Made by a program: the position numbers and the translations under genes
Assembly: GCA_965205505.1 (NCBI GenBank)
Contig: CBDBHB010000006.1
Coordinates: forward strand, 288,001-352,000
Direction: 5' to 3'
Length of the DNA stretch: 64,000 bases
Source of the DNA: Acidobacteriota bacterium
Lineage (GTDB): Bacteria > Acidobacteriota > UBA890 > WLXD01
Shown here: positions 9,046 through 19,210 of the stretch, one piece after another
Layout of the letters: each line of letters begins with the position of its first letter
Numbering within the stretch: the first letter of the stretch is position 1
Notes under the pieces: model-generated
The model's input: only the letters and a program-made list of their open reading frames with translations
What the model was told of the DNA's origin: nothing
Databases searched by the model: none

Positions 9046-9999
9046 TGGCCATACGTCGGCTGGGGCGCCCGTTCCGCGACCTCGCAGCTGCAGGCGTTGG
9101 CGGAGCGCGTGGGCGCCCCGGTGGCGACCACGCTCCAGGGGCTCAGCGCGTTCCCGGCCGACCACCCTCTGCACGTCGGCATGGGCTACGGTAACTCTGC
9201 GGTTCCCGCGGCAAGGTCGGCGTTCGCCGAGTGCGATTGCTTGCTCGCTGTCGGGGTCCGTTTCGCCGAGCTCGCCACCGGCAGCTACGGCATGCGGGTG
9301 CCTGCCGATTTGATCCATGTCGATATCAACCCGGCCGTGTTCAGTCGCAACTACGAGGCGGCAGTCGCCATCGAGGCCGATGCGACGGCGGCCCTCGATG
9401 CCCTGCTGGAGCTTTTGCAGGAGACTCTGCCGGAACCGCGCGATTGGGGGGAGCGGCGGCGGTTGATTCGTTCCGAAAAGGAGGCGTTCGCTGCGTCCTG
9501 GACCGCGGAGCGTAGTAACGAACGCGTCAGCCCGGGCATTTTCTTTCGGGCGCTCCGCGGCGCCCTCGATCGCGACGCTTTTCTCGTGGTCGACGATGGC
9601 AACCACACGTTCCTGGCGGCCGAGCAGTTCCCCGTATACGCGCCCGGCCGGTTCCTGTCGCCGACCGATTTCAACTGCATGGGGTATTGCGTCCCGGCGA
9701 CGATCGGCGTGAAGCTCGCCAACCCGGACGCGCAGGTGGTGTCGGTGGTGGGCGACGGGGGCTTTCTGATGACCGGGCTGGAGATCCTGACGGCGGCTAC
9801 CTTGGGGCTCGGAGTGATCTTCTTCGTTTTTCGTGACGGGGAGCTGGCGCAGATCTCCCAGTTCCAACAGCTACCGCTCAACCGCAAGACCTACACGGTG
9901 CTCGGCGAACTTCATGTCGAGGGGGTGGCGACAGCGACGGGGGCGGCATTCGCGCGGTTGGCTACCGATGCCGACGTCGACGCCGTGATAGAGCCCTGA
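9046..9999 (+). pseudogene. Fragment of a thiamine-diphosphate enzyme (acetolactate synthase-like); N-terminal domain and extreme C-terminus missing
   Basis: Frame opens after an in-frame TAG at 9043 directly into the central domain (YVGWGA..AERVGAPVATTLQG, DCLLAVGVRF, HVDINP) and the ThDP motif GDGGFLMTGLE. No start/RBS and no Pyr domain; ends abruptly at VIEP*. Confidence 0.8.
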
Positions 10000-10088
10000 T
10001 ACGGCATACGCTGGGGTGACGGTGGGCGCCCGGTGATCGGGCGCTACCAGTGCGGCACTGCGCGCCAATTCTCGCCGGCCAGCGTTGT

Positions 10089-10418
10089 CTACTGTCCGGC
10101 GCGACCGTACTCGGCGCGGTAGTGGCGCAACCGCTCTAGCACCATTTCGTAGTTGGCTCGCTCAGCCTCCGGCACGTCGAGCGCGGTGTCGCTCAGCGAC
10201 ACGGACATCCACGAGATGTTGGCGTCGAGCAGCTCCAGCGCCAGCTGTGGGTCTGCCTGGCGAATCGATCGAGCCGCGCTGAGGGATACCTTCGCCTCGC
10301 TCATTCCCGAGACCACCGAGTGGTACTCGAAGCCTCGATACCAGCCCCAAACGTATCCGCCGTAGGCTGCGCTGCAGGAGATCGCTATGAACGCAATGAC
10401 GGCGAGGGCTCTTTTCAT
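10089..10418 (-). CDS. Hypothetical small membrane-anchored protein
   Basis: GGAG RBS before ATG 10418. MKRALAVIAFIAISCSAAYGGYVWG signal/TM segment followed by a helical domain. Confidence 0.6.
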   Translation of the reverse strand: MKRALAVIAFIAISCSAAYGGYVWGWYRGFEYHSVVSGMSEAKVSLSAARSIRQADPQLALELLDANISWMSVSLSDTALDVPEAERANYEMVLERLRHYRAEYGRAGQ

Positions 10419-10602
10419 GGGTCTCCAGCAGGAAGCACCGGCGGCTCGAAACGGGAATTCGCGATTCCGGTAGGTTGCGCAACGATAGTCCATCGCTCCC
10501 TTGCGGCCCAACCCGCATGCGCCAGAGCGGTGGACTGGCGCGGCCTCCGTGCGTCACGGCATCACGAGCGGCTAGACTGGCTGGGGGTCCCCACCAGTCG
10601 AT

Positions 10603-11611
10603 GTGACGTTGATGCCGAAGAAAAGACTCCACGTGAACGTCTCGCTGTTCGCCGCGATGCTGCTCCTGACGCCGGCTGTGGCTCGTTCGACGCCGTCGGC
10701 GCTGCGGCCGCAGGTGGAGTCCGTCTCGGAGCTCGAGGCGCTGCTCGACGTCATGAGCCGGGTAGCGGGGCTGTACCGCGACAACGCACTGAGCTTCACG
10801 TGCGTGGAGCGCATTACCGATACCCGCTATAGGGTCCGGAATCGGGTGGCACAGCGAACGACGCACCTCTTCGACTACTTCTACGTCTTCGAGAAGGTGC
10901 CTGCCACCGACATCATGCGCGTCGATGATGCTGCCACGGCGGATGTTGACGCGGCGCCGACGGCGGGCACCCCTGCTGGGCGGCTGCAAGACTACCGGAC
11001 GGCACGCGGCAGGCAGGACGACGGCGCGGCGCGGCGAATCCTGCTGGGCGACATCGGGTTGCCCGCATATCTCGAGCGCGCCTACTCGTGGGTCTTCATT
11101 TTCCAGCCTGGCCTTCGCGAGTACTTCGACTTCGCCCTGGAGGGTCGAGACGAGATCGACGGACGGCCTGCCTTCGTGGTGCGGTTCGATCCGCGGGCGC
11201 CGTACCAGGCCGGTCTGAACGACTGGTTCGGCCGCGCCTGGATAGACGCCGATCGATACCAATTGTTGCGCGTGGATGCGGTGCAGTCGCAAGAGGTGTT
11301 GGCGGTCCTGCGGGCAGCGGACGCCGTACCGGTGGCCCCATTGGGGGGGTATCTGTTCACGTGGGCGCGGTCGGACTTCGAGCAGGACACGAACGGCATG
11401 CGGTTCCCGAGCCGGGCGATGCTTATCGGCACCGGGCGTTAGCTTGGCGCAGCCGAGCGACGACAACTATCGAGCAACAGCAGCGGAAATGCTGCGTGAC
11501 GGCATCGCCCACGACCGACTCTTCCGGGTTGAGCACCGGTACAGCGACTACCGTTTCTTCCGCGTCAGGACGGCGACGGAGATCGATCTGGCGCTCGCTC
11601 GACCCCAGTAA
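10603..11611 (+). CDS. Hypothetical exported protein, split by a frameshift at about 11434-11436
   Basis: Signal peptide; SFTCVERI, F..EGRDEIDGRPAFVVRFDP, GRAWIDADRYQLLR. Removing one G from GGG at 11434-11436 joins it to the frame ending VEHRYSDYRFFRV...PQ*. Confidence 0.65.
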
Positions 11612-11667
11612 CCGGGCGCCACGCGTCGCAGGAGCTGGTCACACTCGAGCCGAGATACACCCTGACT

Positions 11668-12410
11668 TCAACGCGAGGTGAACACGTCGGCGGCGATCTC
11701 GCCTTCGATACGGGTGTTCGGGCGAATCACGTCGGCGAGCGTCGTGGCTTCGATCTCGGCCAGATGGGTGCCCTTGAAGGCTCGCTTGTAGAACAGACGG
11801 TCGGCGTCGCGCAACCCGTCGTGCCGCAGCCGTAGCAGTCGTGGCGACACCATGCTGTGGCCAAACCGGAAGGCGGCAGTCGAGAACTCGGTGCAGATCC
11901 CGGCGTCGGCGCGACGGTCCCAGCCCTGATATCGACCGACCGCTCTGCCGCCAAGCAGCCGCGGGAGAAACTCGTTGTAGGTGATCGCTTGCACGAGGCC
12001 GATCACCCTGGCGCGCGCTCGTGCGTAGATCCCGTCGCCCTCCAACCCCGGTGAAGCGTGGCGTATCAGCCGCGCCTGACGGTTGTGCTCGCGTGCCCAC
12101 AGCGTATGCATCGCCAGCAACGCGACGTTCTCGTTGGCGCGGATGTCGCCCGCCAGATAGAAGCTTCTCAGCGTGCCACCGGCGTTGGCGAGGCCGTCTT
12201 CGTTGAACGGCAGCATTCTGCCGTCGCTGGTCAGTAGCTCGCCGCTGCCGTCGTTGGTACGCAGAGCGCTGGCACGCGCCGCATCCGAGCCGTACACGTT
12301 GGAGGCGTCGATGTACGCCGTGATCTCGTTGAGTTGCTGACGCGGGTTGCCTGCGCCGCTACCCGAGGCCGGGTCGTAGATCGAGCGGTTGAAGCAGATT
12401 ACCCGCGTGC
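11668..12410 (-). pseudogene. Relic of an animal-type heme peroxidase (peroxidase-cyclooxygenase superfamily)
   Basis: RQQLNEITAYIDASNVYGS, AGDIRANEN, HTLWAREHNR, QAITYNEFLP, EFSTAAFRFGHS, then a direct jump to LRDADRLFY...TLADVIRPNT. The distal-His N-terminal region and the central NIQRGRDHG region are absent. 5' boundary approximate. Confidence 0.85.
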
Positions 12411-12773
12411 CGGTGCTGCTTCTGCCGCCAGCAGGACGTTGTCGGCCGACGGTATGCCCCGGCCGTCCACTTCTCGTTAGCCGGAGGACCGGTCGGAACG
12501 GATCAGTGGACAGGGGCGGCCACGGGCGACGCCAGGCCGTCGGCAGCGGCCAGGAATTCCTGTCGCTGTTCGCCTCGAGCGGGGACTCGCTGCGTTGCGT
12601 GCTCCGAGCCGGCGTGCCGTGCTCCTTTGAATCCGATCGCCAGGCCCGCCGCACTTTCACCACGGCCTGATAGCGGCAGGCGACATGGTACGGTGGCTTG
12701 GCTCCAAGCGCAGTTGCTGCATCCAATAAGATGAGCTCACAAAGCTAAGAACACCAGAGACAAGAGAACGACG

Positions 12774-13013
12774 ATGGGCGACGATCGACACGGCCTGGAT
12801 CGGATCGAACTACGATCACCCGGCAACGCGCCGACGATGGTCCGAGCGGGCATGGCGCTGGCGGCAGTGCTGGCAGCTGTCCTGCTGGTGGCGATGTCCG
12901 TGCTGGGCACGACCGCGACCGTCAACGCGGCGTCGCATCCGACGATCCAGGCGCAACAGGCCGGCGACGCCGCTATCGCCGAAACGGTGAGCGTCGCCGA
13001 TTCCGAGCGTTGA
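12774..13013 (+). CDS. Possible small exported hypothetical protein
   Basis: Hydrophobic signal-like stretch (MALAAVLAAVLLVAMSVLG...NAA). Stop overlaps the start of the next gene. No family recognised. Confidence 0.3.
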   Translation: MGDDRHGLDRIELRSPGNAPTMVRAGMALAAVLAAVLLVAMSVLGTTATVNAASHPTIQAQQAGDAAIAETVSVADSER

Positions 13014-14608
13014 GCGCCACCCACGACGCGATCGTTATCGGGGGCGGCCACAACGGCCTTGCCTGCGCCGCCTACTTAGCCCGTGCGGGCATGGACGTCC
13101 TCGTACTGGAACGCCGCCATGTACTCGGCGGGGCCGCCGCCACCGAGGAGCCTTGGCCCGGCTACAAGATCTCGTCGGCGGCGTACGTCACGAGCCTGGT
13201 GCCGCCGCGCATCATCTCCGAGCTCAACCTCGATCGCTTCGGCTACAAGGTCTCGATTCTCTCGCCCGACTACTGGGTGCCGTTCGACGACGGCACCGCG
13301 CTAACGCTGCATGGCGACGCCGGCCAGACCGCCGCCGAGATCGCGCGGTTCTCCAAGGCCGACGCCGCCGCCTACCTGAAGTTCGACGAGTACTTCGAGC
13401 ATATCGGCAACCTCGTGCGCGACCTGCTGTTCGTGGTGCCGCCGCGGCTGGAGTGGCGGGAGATACCCAAGTGGCTGTCGCTCGGCCGGCGGTTCCGGCA
13501 CTGGACGGCGCGCGACATCGCCGAAGTCACGCGGCTCTTCACGCTTTCGGGCGCGGACTTCCTCGACGAATGGTTCGAAGATGAGCGCGTCAAGGGCGCC
13601 ATGGCCACGCAGACCATCATCGGCGGGTGGGGTGGGCCCATGAGCCCGGGTTCCGCGTACGTGCTCATGCACCACTGGATCGGTGAGATCGACGGCCAAT
13701 CGGGTGCCTGGGGATGGGTGCACGGTGGCATGGGAGCGCTGAGTCAATCGATCGCCGACTCGGCTCGCGCCGCCGGTGCAACCGTGCGCGCCGAGGCGCC
13801 GGTCCGCCGGATCGTCATCCAGGACGGCAGGGCATCTGGCGTCGAGCTCGAGAGCGGAGAGGTGCTCCACGCGCGGCAGGTGATCTCGTGCGCCCATCCG
13901 GTAACCACCTACTTCGATTTGGTCGGCAAGGAGAACCTTCCTGACGAGGTGGTCGCGGACGTTGGCCGGTATCGCAGTCGCTCCGGCTCGGTGAAGGTCA
14001 ACCTAGCGCTCTCCGAGCTACCGAAGCCGACCGCTTGGAAAGGACCGATTCCCGGGGACCCCCATACCGGGCTGATCGCTATCTCGCCGTCGGTCGAGTA
14101 TCTCGAGCGCGCTTGGGACGACGCGAAGTACGGTCGCACGTCCGAGCATCCCTATCTCGAGGCGGTATTCCCCACGGTGCACGAGCCCGGTCTGGCCCCG
14201 GACGGCAAGCACATCGGGCTGTTCTTCACGCAGTTCGGCCCGTATCACCTCAGGGAAGGCTCGTGGGATACCGAGCGCGAGGTCTACGGCCGCCGGATCC
14301 TTCGCAAGATGGAGGAATACTGCCCCGGCTTCGAGGCTTCCGTCGAGCACATGGAGGTGCTGGCGCCGCCTGACATCGAGGAGCGCTTCGGCCTGCTAGG
14401 GGGCAACATCTTCCAGGGCGACATGGCGCCCGATCAGCTTTTCTGCTTCCGTCCCATTCCGGGCTACGGGGACTACCGGTCGCCGGTCAAGAGCCTGTAT
14501 CTGTGCGGCTCCGGCACCCATCCGGGCGGCGGCGTCATGGGTGTGCCCGGCCGCAACTGCGCTCAGGTCGTCGGTCGCGATGCCCGGCGCCGCTGGTTCG
14601 GCAGGTAG
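13010..14608 (+). CDS. NAD(P)/FAD-dependent oxidoreductase, phytoene dehydrogenase-related (COG1233/PYROXD2-like)
   Basis: GGGHNGL FAD-binding motif, LERRHVLGGAA, GGMGALS, GGNIFQG, LYLCGSGTHPGGGVMG. Confidence 0.9.
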   Translation: MSATHDAIVIGGGHNGLACAAYLARAGMDVLVLERRHVLGGAAATEEPWPGYKISSAAYVTSLVPPRIISELNLDRFGYKVSILSPDYWVPFDDGTALTLHGDAGQTAAEIARFSKADAAAYLKFDEYFEHIGNLVRDLLFVVPPRLEWREIPKWLSLGRRFRHWTARDIAEVTRLFTLSGADFLDEWFEDERVKGAMATQTIIGGWGGPMSPGSAYVLMHHWIGEIDGQSGAWGWVHGGMGALSQSIADSARAAGATVRAEAPVRRIVIQDGRASGVELESGEVLHARQVISCAHPVTTYFDLVGKENLPDEVVADVGRYRSRSGSVKVNLALSELPKPTAWKGPIPGDPHTGLIAISPSVEYLERAWDDAKYGRTSEHPYLEAVFPTVHEPGLAPDGKHIGLFFTQFGPYHLREGSWDTEREVYGRRILRKMEEYCPGFEASVEHMEVLAPPDIEERFGLLGGNIFQGDMAPDQLFCFRPIPGYGDYRSPVKSLYLCGSGTHPGGGVMGVPGRNCAQVVGRDARRRWFGR

Positions 14609-14785
14609 GCGGGCGGGCAGTGGGCGAACCCATAGTGCGCTGTCCGGTTGACGCTTGCTGCCACCTACCGCGTAGCTCCGTCCAGAGCGACCTGGGCTGC
14701 CGACGGCCGGTGCTAGACTCCGGCGCCGTTGCCGCAAGGCAACCGCGCAGGCGACGCGAATGTGCACCAGCCAAGGAGGTACCGA

Positions 14786-15883
14786 ATGGAGGTGAGAGCT
14801 GCAGTTCTCGAGGAACCGGGCGCCGAGTTCAGCGTCGGCCCCGTGGACCTGGACGAGCCACGCGGCGATGAGGTCCTCGTCAAGGTTGTTGCCACCGGCA
14901 TCTGCCACACGGATCTGTCAGTGCGCGATCAGTACTATCCGGTGCCGCTGCCGGCAGTTCTCGGCCATGAGGGTGCCGGCATCGTGGAGCGCGTCGGCTC
15001 CGACGTCATCAAGGTCAAGGAAGGCGATCACGTCGTCCTGAGCTTCCACTCATGCGGCGCCTGCGGGAACTGCAAGCAAGGCTCGCCTGGGTACTGCCTG
15101 GAGCTGTTCGGGCACAACTTCGGCGGCGCTCGGCCCGATGGGTCGCCGGTGATGCACCGCGGAGACGATGTCGTCCACGGCGCTTTCTTTGGCCAGTCGT
15201 CCTTCGCCGACTACGCGCTGGCCTTCGAGCGCAACGTCGTGAAAGTACGCGAGGACGCGCCGCTCGAGATGCTCGGCCCGCTCGGCTGTGGGATCCAGAC
15301 GGGAGCCGGAACGGTGCTGAACAACCTGCATCCCAGGGCCGGCCAGAGCATCGCGGTCTTCGGCGTCGGTACCGTCGGTCTGTCGTCGGTCATGGCAGCC
15401 AAGATCGCCGGCTGCGATCCGATTATCGCCGTCGATCTGAACGTCAAGCGACTGAGCCTCGCCGAGGAGCTCGGCGCGACGCACGCGATCAATGCCTCTG
15501 ACGCCGATCCGGTCGAGGTGATTCAGGAGCTCACCGGCGGTGGTGTCAACTACTCGGTCGAGGCGACCGGCGTCCCCGAGGTGGTGCGTCAATCGGTGGA
15601 CTCGCTCGGACTCCTGGGCGTTTGTGGCCTGCTGGGGACCTCGCCGCTAGGAACGGAGATCACCCTCGATATGAACGCCATCTTGTTCGGCCGCACCGTC
15701 CGCGGTGTGATCGAGGGTGACGCGGTGCCGGATCTGTTCATTCCGCAGATGGTCGACATGTACATGGCGGGCAAGTTCCCGATCGATCGCCTGATGGAGT
15801 TCTACAGCCTCGATCAGATCAACGAGGCGGTCGCAGCGACCGAGGGCGGAGGCACCGTGAAGCCCATCCTACGAATGGGCTGA
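14786..15883 (+). CDS. Zn-dependent NAD(P) alcohol dehydrogenase, benzyl/aryl-alcohol (geraniol dehydrogenase-like) subfamily
   Basis: AAGGAGG RBS, ATG 14786. GICHTD, GHEGAG, CGACGNC..YC, FFGQSSFA, GPLGCGIQTGAG, IEGDAVP. Confidence 0.9.
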   Translation: MEVRAAVLEEPGAEFSVGPVDLDEPRGDEVLVKVVATGICHTDLSVRDQYYPVPLPAVLGHEGAGIVERVGSDVIKVKEGDHVVLSFHSCGACGNCKQGSPGYCLELFGHNFGGARPDGSPVMHRGDDVVHGAFFGQSSFADYALAFERNVVKVREDAPLEMLGPLGCGIQTGAGTVLNNLHPRAGQSIAVFGVGTVGLSSVMAAKIAGCDPIIAVDLNVKRLSLAEELGATHAINASDADPVEVIQELTGGGVNYSVEATGVPEVVRQSVDSLGLLGVCGLLGTSPLGTEITLDMNAILFGRTVRGVIEGDAVPDLFIPQMVDMYMAGKFPIDRLMEFYSLDQINEAVAATEGGGTVKPILRMG

Positions 15884-15889
15884 GGGAGA

Positions 15890-17410
15890 TCACGGGTCGA
15901 GAGCGCTCAGCTCACGCCGCATGATCTTGCCGGTGCTGGTCTTCGGCAGATCGTCGACGAACTGCACCGTCCGCGGCACCTTGTACGCAGCCAGGTGCTC
16001 TCGGCAGTGGCTGACGATCGCCGCTTCGTCCCCGTTCGCGCCTTTCTTGAGAACCACGTAAGCCTTGGCTGTCTCGCCCTTCATTTCATCCGGCTGACGT
16101 CCTACGGCCACCATGGCGACGTCAGGATGCGCCGCGACGACGCGCTCGATCTCCGCCGGGTACACGTTGTAGCCGCCCGTGAGGATCATGTCCTTCTTGC
16201 GATCGACGATGGTGACGTAGCCATCGGCGTCCATGCTGGCCAGGTCTCCGGTGTGCAGCCAGCCATCCGGCTCGATGGTCTCGGCGGTCCCCCGCTCGTT
16301 GCCGTAGTAGCCCTGCATGACGATCGGGCCGCGCGCCATCAGCTCGCCGACCTGACCACGTGGCAGGGTCTGGTTCGCGTCGTCCACTGCCGCTATGCGC
16401 ATCTCACAGCTGGGCAGCGAAACACCGATCGAGCCGTGCTTGTTGAGCCCATACCGTAGGTTGGTGGTGCCAAGCCCGGCGAGCTCCGTCATTCCCCAGA
16501 GCTCGATGAGCGGGCAGCCGAAGCGTTCCTCGACCTCCCGCATCTTGTTGACCGCCATGGTCTGGCCGCCGACCGTGCAGCAGGTGAGCGACGACAGATC
16601 GTAGTTGACCAGCCCTGGGTGATCCAACAGGTACAGATACATCGTCGGCACACCCTCGAATATGGTGGCGCCGTGGTCTTGGATCGACTGCAAGATTTCG
16701 TCCTGCACGAACAGCGGATGTAGAACTAGCTTCATGCCAACCATGAAAGCGGCGTTGAAGATGACGTTGCCGTATACGTGCGGACACGGCAGCGCCGTGA
16801 CGATGGTGTCTTCGGCGGTGCGCACGTGCATGTTCGCCAACAAGGCGGCGTTGATGATCACGCTCCGGTGGCTTTGCATGGCGCCCTTCGGGTGCCCCGT
16901 GGTGCCCGAGGTATAGCAAATCGTCGACAACGCGTCGGCCGGTACCTCGCGGACCTCGAAGCCGGGTTCGTTGCTCTCGACGAGCTCGTTGAACGACCGC
17001 GCATCGGCGGGGACCTGGTCGCCGAAGACGATGATCTCCTCGACGTCGGAGGAGTCCTTGAGGCCGAGGATCGGTTCCCCTTTTTCTTTCGAGGCCAACA
17101 CCGCCTTTGCGCCGCAGTCGGCGGCTACGAACGCGACCTCCTCCGGGGTCAGCATCACGTTGATCGGATTGATCACCGCCCCGGTCTTGAGCGCTGCGTA
17201 GTAGCTGACGATCCACTCCCAGCGGTTGGCGGAGTACAGCGTCACGCGATCTCCGGGCGTGATTCCGAGCGTCTCCAGACCCTTTGCCAGGCGATCGGAT
17301 AGCTCATTGAGGTCGCGGAACGAGAACCTCTTGTCCCCGGACACCAGCGCGGTCTTCTCGCCGTACTTCACGGCAGCGGCGGGCAGGATCTCTCCGAGCG
17401 AGGTCAGCAT
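15890..17410 (-). CDS. Long-chain acyl-CoA ligase (AMP-forming)
   Basis: YTSGTTGHPKG, WGMTE, GWLHTGD, DRKKDMI, LAAYKVP, LPKTSTGKI. Start could extend to 17449. Confidence 0.92.
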   Translation of the reverse strand: MLTSLGEILPAAAVKYGEKTALVSGDKRFSFRDLNELSDRLAKGLETLGITPGDRVTLYSANRWEWIVSYYAALKTGAVINPINVMLTPEEVAFVAADCGAKAVLASKEKGEPILGLKDSSDVEEIIVFGDQVPADARSFNELVESNEPGFEVREVPADALSTICYTSGTTGHPKGAMQSHRSVIINAALLANMHVRTAEDTIVTALPCPHVYGNVIFNAAFMVGMKLVLHPLFVQDEILQSIQDHGATIFEGVPTMYLYLLDHPGLVNYDLSSLTCCTVGGQTMAVNKMREVEERFGCPLIELWGMTELAGLGTTNLRYGLNKHGSIGVSLPSCEMRIAAVDDANQTLPRGQVGELMARGPIVMQGYYGNERGTAETIEPDGWLHTGDLASMDADGYVTIVDRKKDMILTGGYNVYPAEIERVVAAHPDVAMVAVGRQPDEMKGETAKAYVVLKKGANGDEAAIVSHCREHLAAYKVPRTVQFVDDLPKTSTGKIMRRELSALDP

Positions 17411-17563
17411 CTCGACGTTCTGGTACAACGGGCACGGAGCGTAAGTCAAACGGAGGGTGGAGGGACCCTTGACGGTTTCGGAGGTCGGAAACTAGTCTCG
17501 ACAGACACCCTGCGTCTCAGTCTTCGGCCCATCTCGAACTGCACAGCACCCTGGAGCGGCACC

Positions 17564-19210
17564 ATGCGGCATCGCGTCCTACCAATCTCTGTTCTCTGCG
17601 CGGCGCTGGTCGGTGCGCAGCCGGTCGCGCCCCCGGCGGGCGCGGCCATCCTCGCCTCCGACTATCCCTCGCTGTCTACCGAGGAGATGGGGCACGTCCG
17701 CCACATGATCAACCTCGCCAATCAGCTCGACGGCGACTGGTCGCTGATGGGCAACACGCCGGGTGGCAACAACTTCGACGCCTACCAGTTCCAGATCGCC
17801 TTTGCCACCTACGCACTGAGCCTGGCGCAGTACCACAAGGTGCCGGCGCATCGGGACCTCTACCGAGACGCGTCGAGGCGGCTCATCGAGAAGATGATCT
17901 ACAAGGACGTCTGGCAGTACTGGGCGCGCATGAGCCAGTACGAGAAACGCGGTGCGGACCAGGACGGCAACAGCTCCGTGTATCGCGAGGATGGCTGGCA
18001 AGGATGGATCGATCCCAACATCAAGTCGAACATCATGTACAGTGGTCACCTGCTGCAGATGGTCAGCCTGCACGAGTCGCTGTTCGACGACCATCGCTAC
18101 GATGATCCCGGATCTCTGCCGTTCGTGTTCCCGGCGATCGAATACGGCGGCGAGCCGCTGCGCATGGACTACGACCACCAACGGCTGGCGACGGTGATCT
18201 ACGACCAGTTCGTTGCCAGCGACTTCCTCGGCATTGAATGCGAGCTCGGCGCCATCTACACCGAGTGCAACCAGCATCCGATCCTCGGCCTGATCCAGTA
18301 CGACCAGACGCACGGGACGGACTACTCGGCCGAGGTCGAGCAGGAGTTCGCCAAGACGATCCACGAGCGGGAATTCATCTCGCCGGAGAACCACACGACG
18401 ATGTTCTACCTCCACGTGCGCTCCGACGAGGTGATTCCGGCGTCGACCAAGTGGTCATCGACCGGCATGGCCTGGAGCGACGGCTGGAACGGACAGGCAC
18501 ACCACGTCTGGGCCCCGCAGTACGTCAAGGACCTGTATCGCGAGCAAGTGAAGCTCTACATCCCGGGCATGTTCCAGGGTGAGCCCGGCTCCGACATGGG
18601 CTGGACGTCGTCGTTCGATTTCGGCTGGTTCGCGGTGCTGGCGGCCGAGGTCGGCGACATGAAGACCGTCGCCACCATGCTCGAGTACGCCGACGAGCAC
18701 TTCGGGCCTACCTGGCGTGACGGCGGCCTCTATTACCCGCACACGCCCGATTACCGAGAGAACTTCAACCGCGACGAGAACGGTTTCATCCACAACATCA
18801 GCCCAGTCACCGGCAACGTGCTGGTGGCGATGGCGCGCCTCAACCCTGGCGACGGTCTGTGGACGCTGTACAACCAGCCGTGGGAGGAGGAGCACTTCGC
18901 GGAACCGTTCGTTAGCGGCGTGGAGTACATCGAGGCTAATGTCACGCAGGCGATCTACGATCGCGAGGAGGCGGCTCTGATCGTCACGCTGGCGCCCGGA
19001 CCGGTGGAAACGGACAGCACCACCTTCACGATCAACCAGCTCGATCCAACGATCTCGTACTCGATATACAAGGATGGCCGCCACCTCGGCGACCTGAGCA
19101 GTGGATCTACGAACAGAGTGGCGGGGATCCTGTGGAACTTCGACGGTACTCTGACGATCTCCACCGAGCTCGACGAGGCGCATAGCTTCGTGGTGGCCGC
19201 CGATCGGTGA
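17564..19210 (+). CDS. Exported linalool dehydratase/isomerase (Ldi/LinD)-like protein
   Basis: Signal peptide. FQIAFATYAL, KM..K.VW.YW, DP..KSNIMYSGHL and GIECELGAIYTECNQ...YDQTHGTDY resemble the LinD segments recalled from memory (NIMYKGH, CEPDNYFVQCNS, YDRLHGTDY). C-terminal beta-rich extension. Confidence 0.8.
   Translation: MRHRVLPISVLCAALVGAQPVAPPAGAAILASDYPSLSTEEMGHVRHMINLANQLDGDWSLMGNTPGGNNFDAYQFQIAFATYALSLAQYHKVPAHRDLYRDASRRLIEKMIYKDVWQYWARMSQYEKRGADQDGNSSVYREDGWQGWIDPNIKSNIMYSGHLLQMVSLHESLFDDHRYDDPGSLPFVFPAIEYGGEPLRMDYDHQRLATVIYDQFVASDFLGIECELGAIYTECNQHPILGLIQYDQTHGTDYSAEVEQEFAKTIHEREFISPENHTTMFYLHVRSDEVIPASTKWSSTGMAWSDGWNGQAHHVWAPQYVKDLYREQVKLYIPGMFQGEPGSDMGWTSSFDFGWFAVLAAEVGDMKTVATMLEYADEHFGPTWRDGGLYYPHTPDYRENFNRDENGFIHNISPVTGNVLVAMARLNPGDGLWTLYNQPWEEEHFAEPFVSGVEYIEANVTQAIYDREEAALIVTLAPGPVETDSTTFTINQLDPTISYSIYKDGRHLGDLSSGSTNRVAGILWNFDGTLTISTELDEAHSFVVAADR

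Noticed and set aside
14723-14748. GTTGCC-GCAA-GGCAAC hairpin upstream of the ADH as a riboswitch or REP
   Set aside because: It is a single short hairpin with no second copy noticed and no U-tract or aptamer features.
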